Virus record (IMG/VR): IMGVR_UViG_3300024232_000001
Coordinates: 1-59,383 of that record
DNA length: 59,383 nt
From: a virus
Strand: one strand, 5' to 3'
The translations under genes were made by a program, and so were the position numbers. This document shows positions 59,137-59,383 of the stretch, one piece after another. Numbering within the stretch: the stretch's first letter is position 1; each line of letters begins with the position of its first letter. The notes under the pieces were generated by a model. The model did no database searches, was not told the DNA's origin, and was given only the letters and a program-made list of their open reading frames with translations.

Positions 59137-59383
59137 GTGATTGACCCGACTGTTCAGAGAGATGCGGATAATCTGCTCGATGTAGTGGATCGCTGCTTCT
59201 CCCGCAATCACGATGAGGCGACGGCCCAGCGCGAAACCGTCGCGGCTCTTCTGGCGGCGCGTCGACAGGGTTATGGCTCAGCTATCGAATCACTGCGTGC
59301 TGAGTACGCCAAATGGAAAGAATTGGGGACGCGCAAGATGTGGCTCTCGGAAGCCGCCGACTGGCTTGAGAAAAATAGCCTTT
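59137..59383 (+). CDS. hypothetical protein (82 aa), runs through the contig junction and ends at 129
   Basis: GTG after TTAAGGAGCATTAAAG; the frame is continuous with 1..129. Confidence 0.6.
   Translation, partial: MIDPTVQRDADNLLDVVDRCFSRNHDEATAQRETVAALLAARRQGYGSAIESLRAEYAKWKELGTRKMWLSEAADWLEKNSL
59257..59383. repeat. Terminal direct repeat, copy 2 (identical to 1..127)
   Basis: Read directly. Confidence 0.95.

Overview
The window is a complete phage genome assembled as a closed circle. Bases 1-127 are identical to 59257-59383 and an ORF reads across the junction, so the unique length is about 59,256 bp. It is GC-rich and looks like a temperate, podovirus-like phage, probably of an alphaproteobacterial host (TTGACGS-type -35 boxes, a DUF3309-like peptide).

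Layout:
- Rightward early operon (58240 -> wrap -> 8914): many small ORFs plus RecT, a Lar-like protein and an SPPY DNA methyltransferase.
- Leftward late block (48126 -> 8911): zf-CHC2 protein, P4-type primase-helicase, an iteron array, TerS, TerL and a 4.3-kb island of 16 small coupled ORFs. It continues through portal, scaffold, an N4-gp56-like capsid protein and a glycosyltransferase/methyltransferase/oxygenase island to the adaptor and tail genes. It ends with internal virion proteins (one with a lambda-R-type transglycosylase domain), tail fibre and tailspikes, and the lysis genes.
- Second rightward operon (48392-55227): small ORFs, an RHH regulator, an HNH-AP2 endonuclease, an Acb2-like protein and a disrupted DHH phosphoesterase.
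- Integrase module (55231-57114): a strong promoter, a tRNA-like element, a tyrosine integrase and RusA.
- Short leftward immunity-side operon (58164-57131) headed by a Cro-like HTH protein.

I found no rRNA, CRISPR array, canonical tRNA, DNA polymerase or reverse transcriptase.

Most notable observations:
1. A bipartite YTAR-N6-YTAR-NGGAGA element precedes more than 30 genes on both strands.
2. A sugar/protein-modification island sits between the capsid and tail genes.
3. Four fibre-module proteins carry Sec-signal-like N-termini with a shared A|QVP junction.
4. A heme-oxygenase-like diiron protein lies among the ejection-protein genes.
5. A portal N-terminal fragment flanks the accessory island that separates terL from portal.
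6. An iteron/palindrome array lies next to the primase-helicase gene.
7. A promoter-driven tRNA-like element lies upstream of int.

All functional calls come from motif reading by eye. No database search was run.
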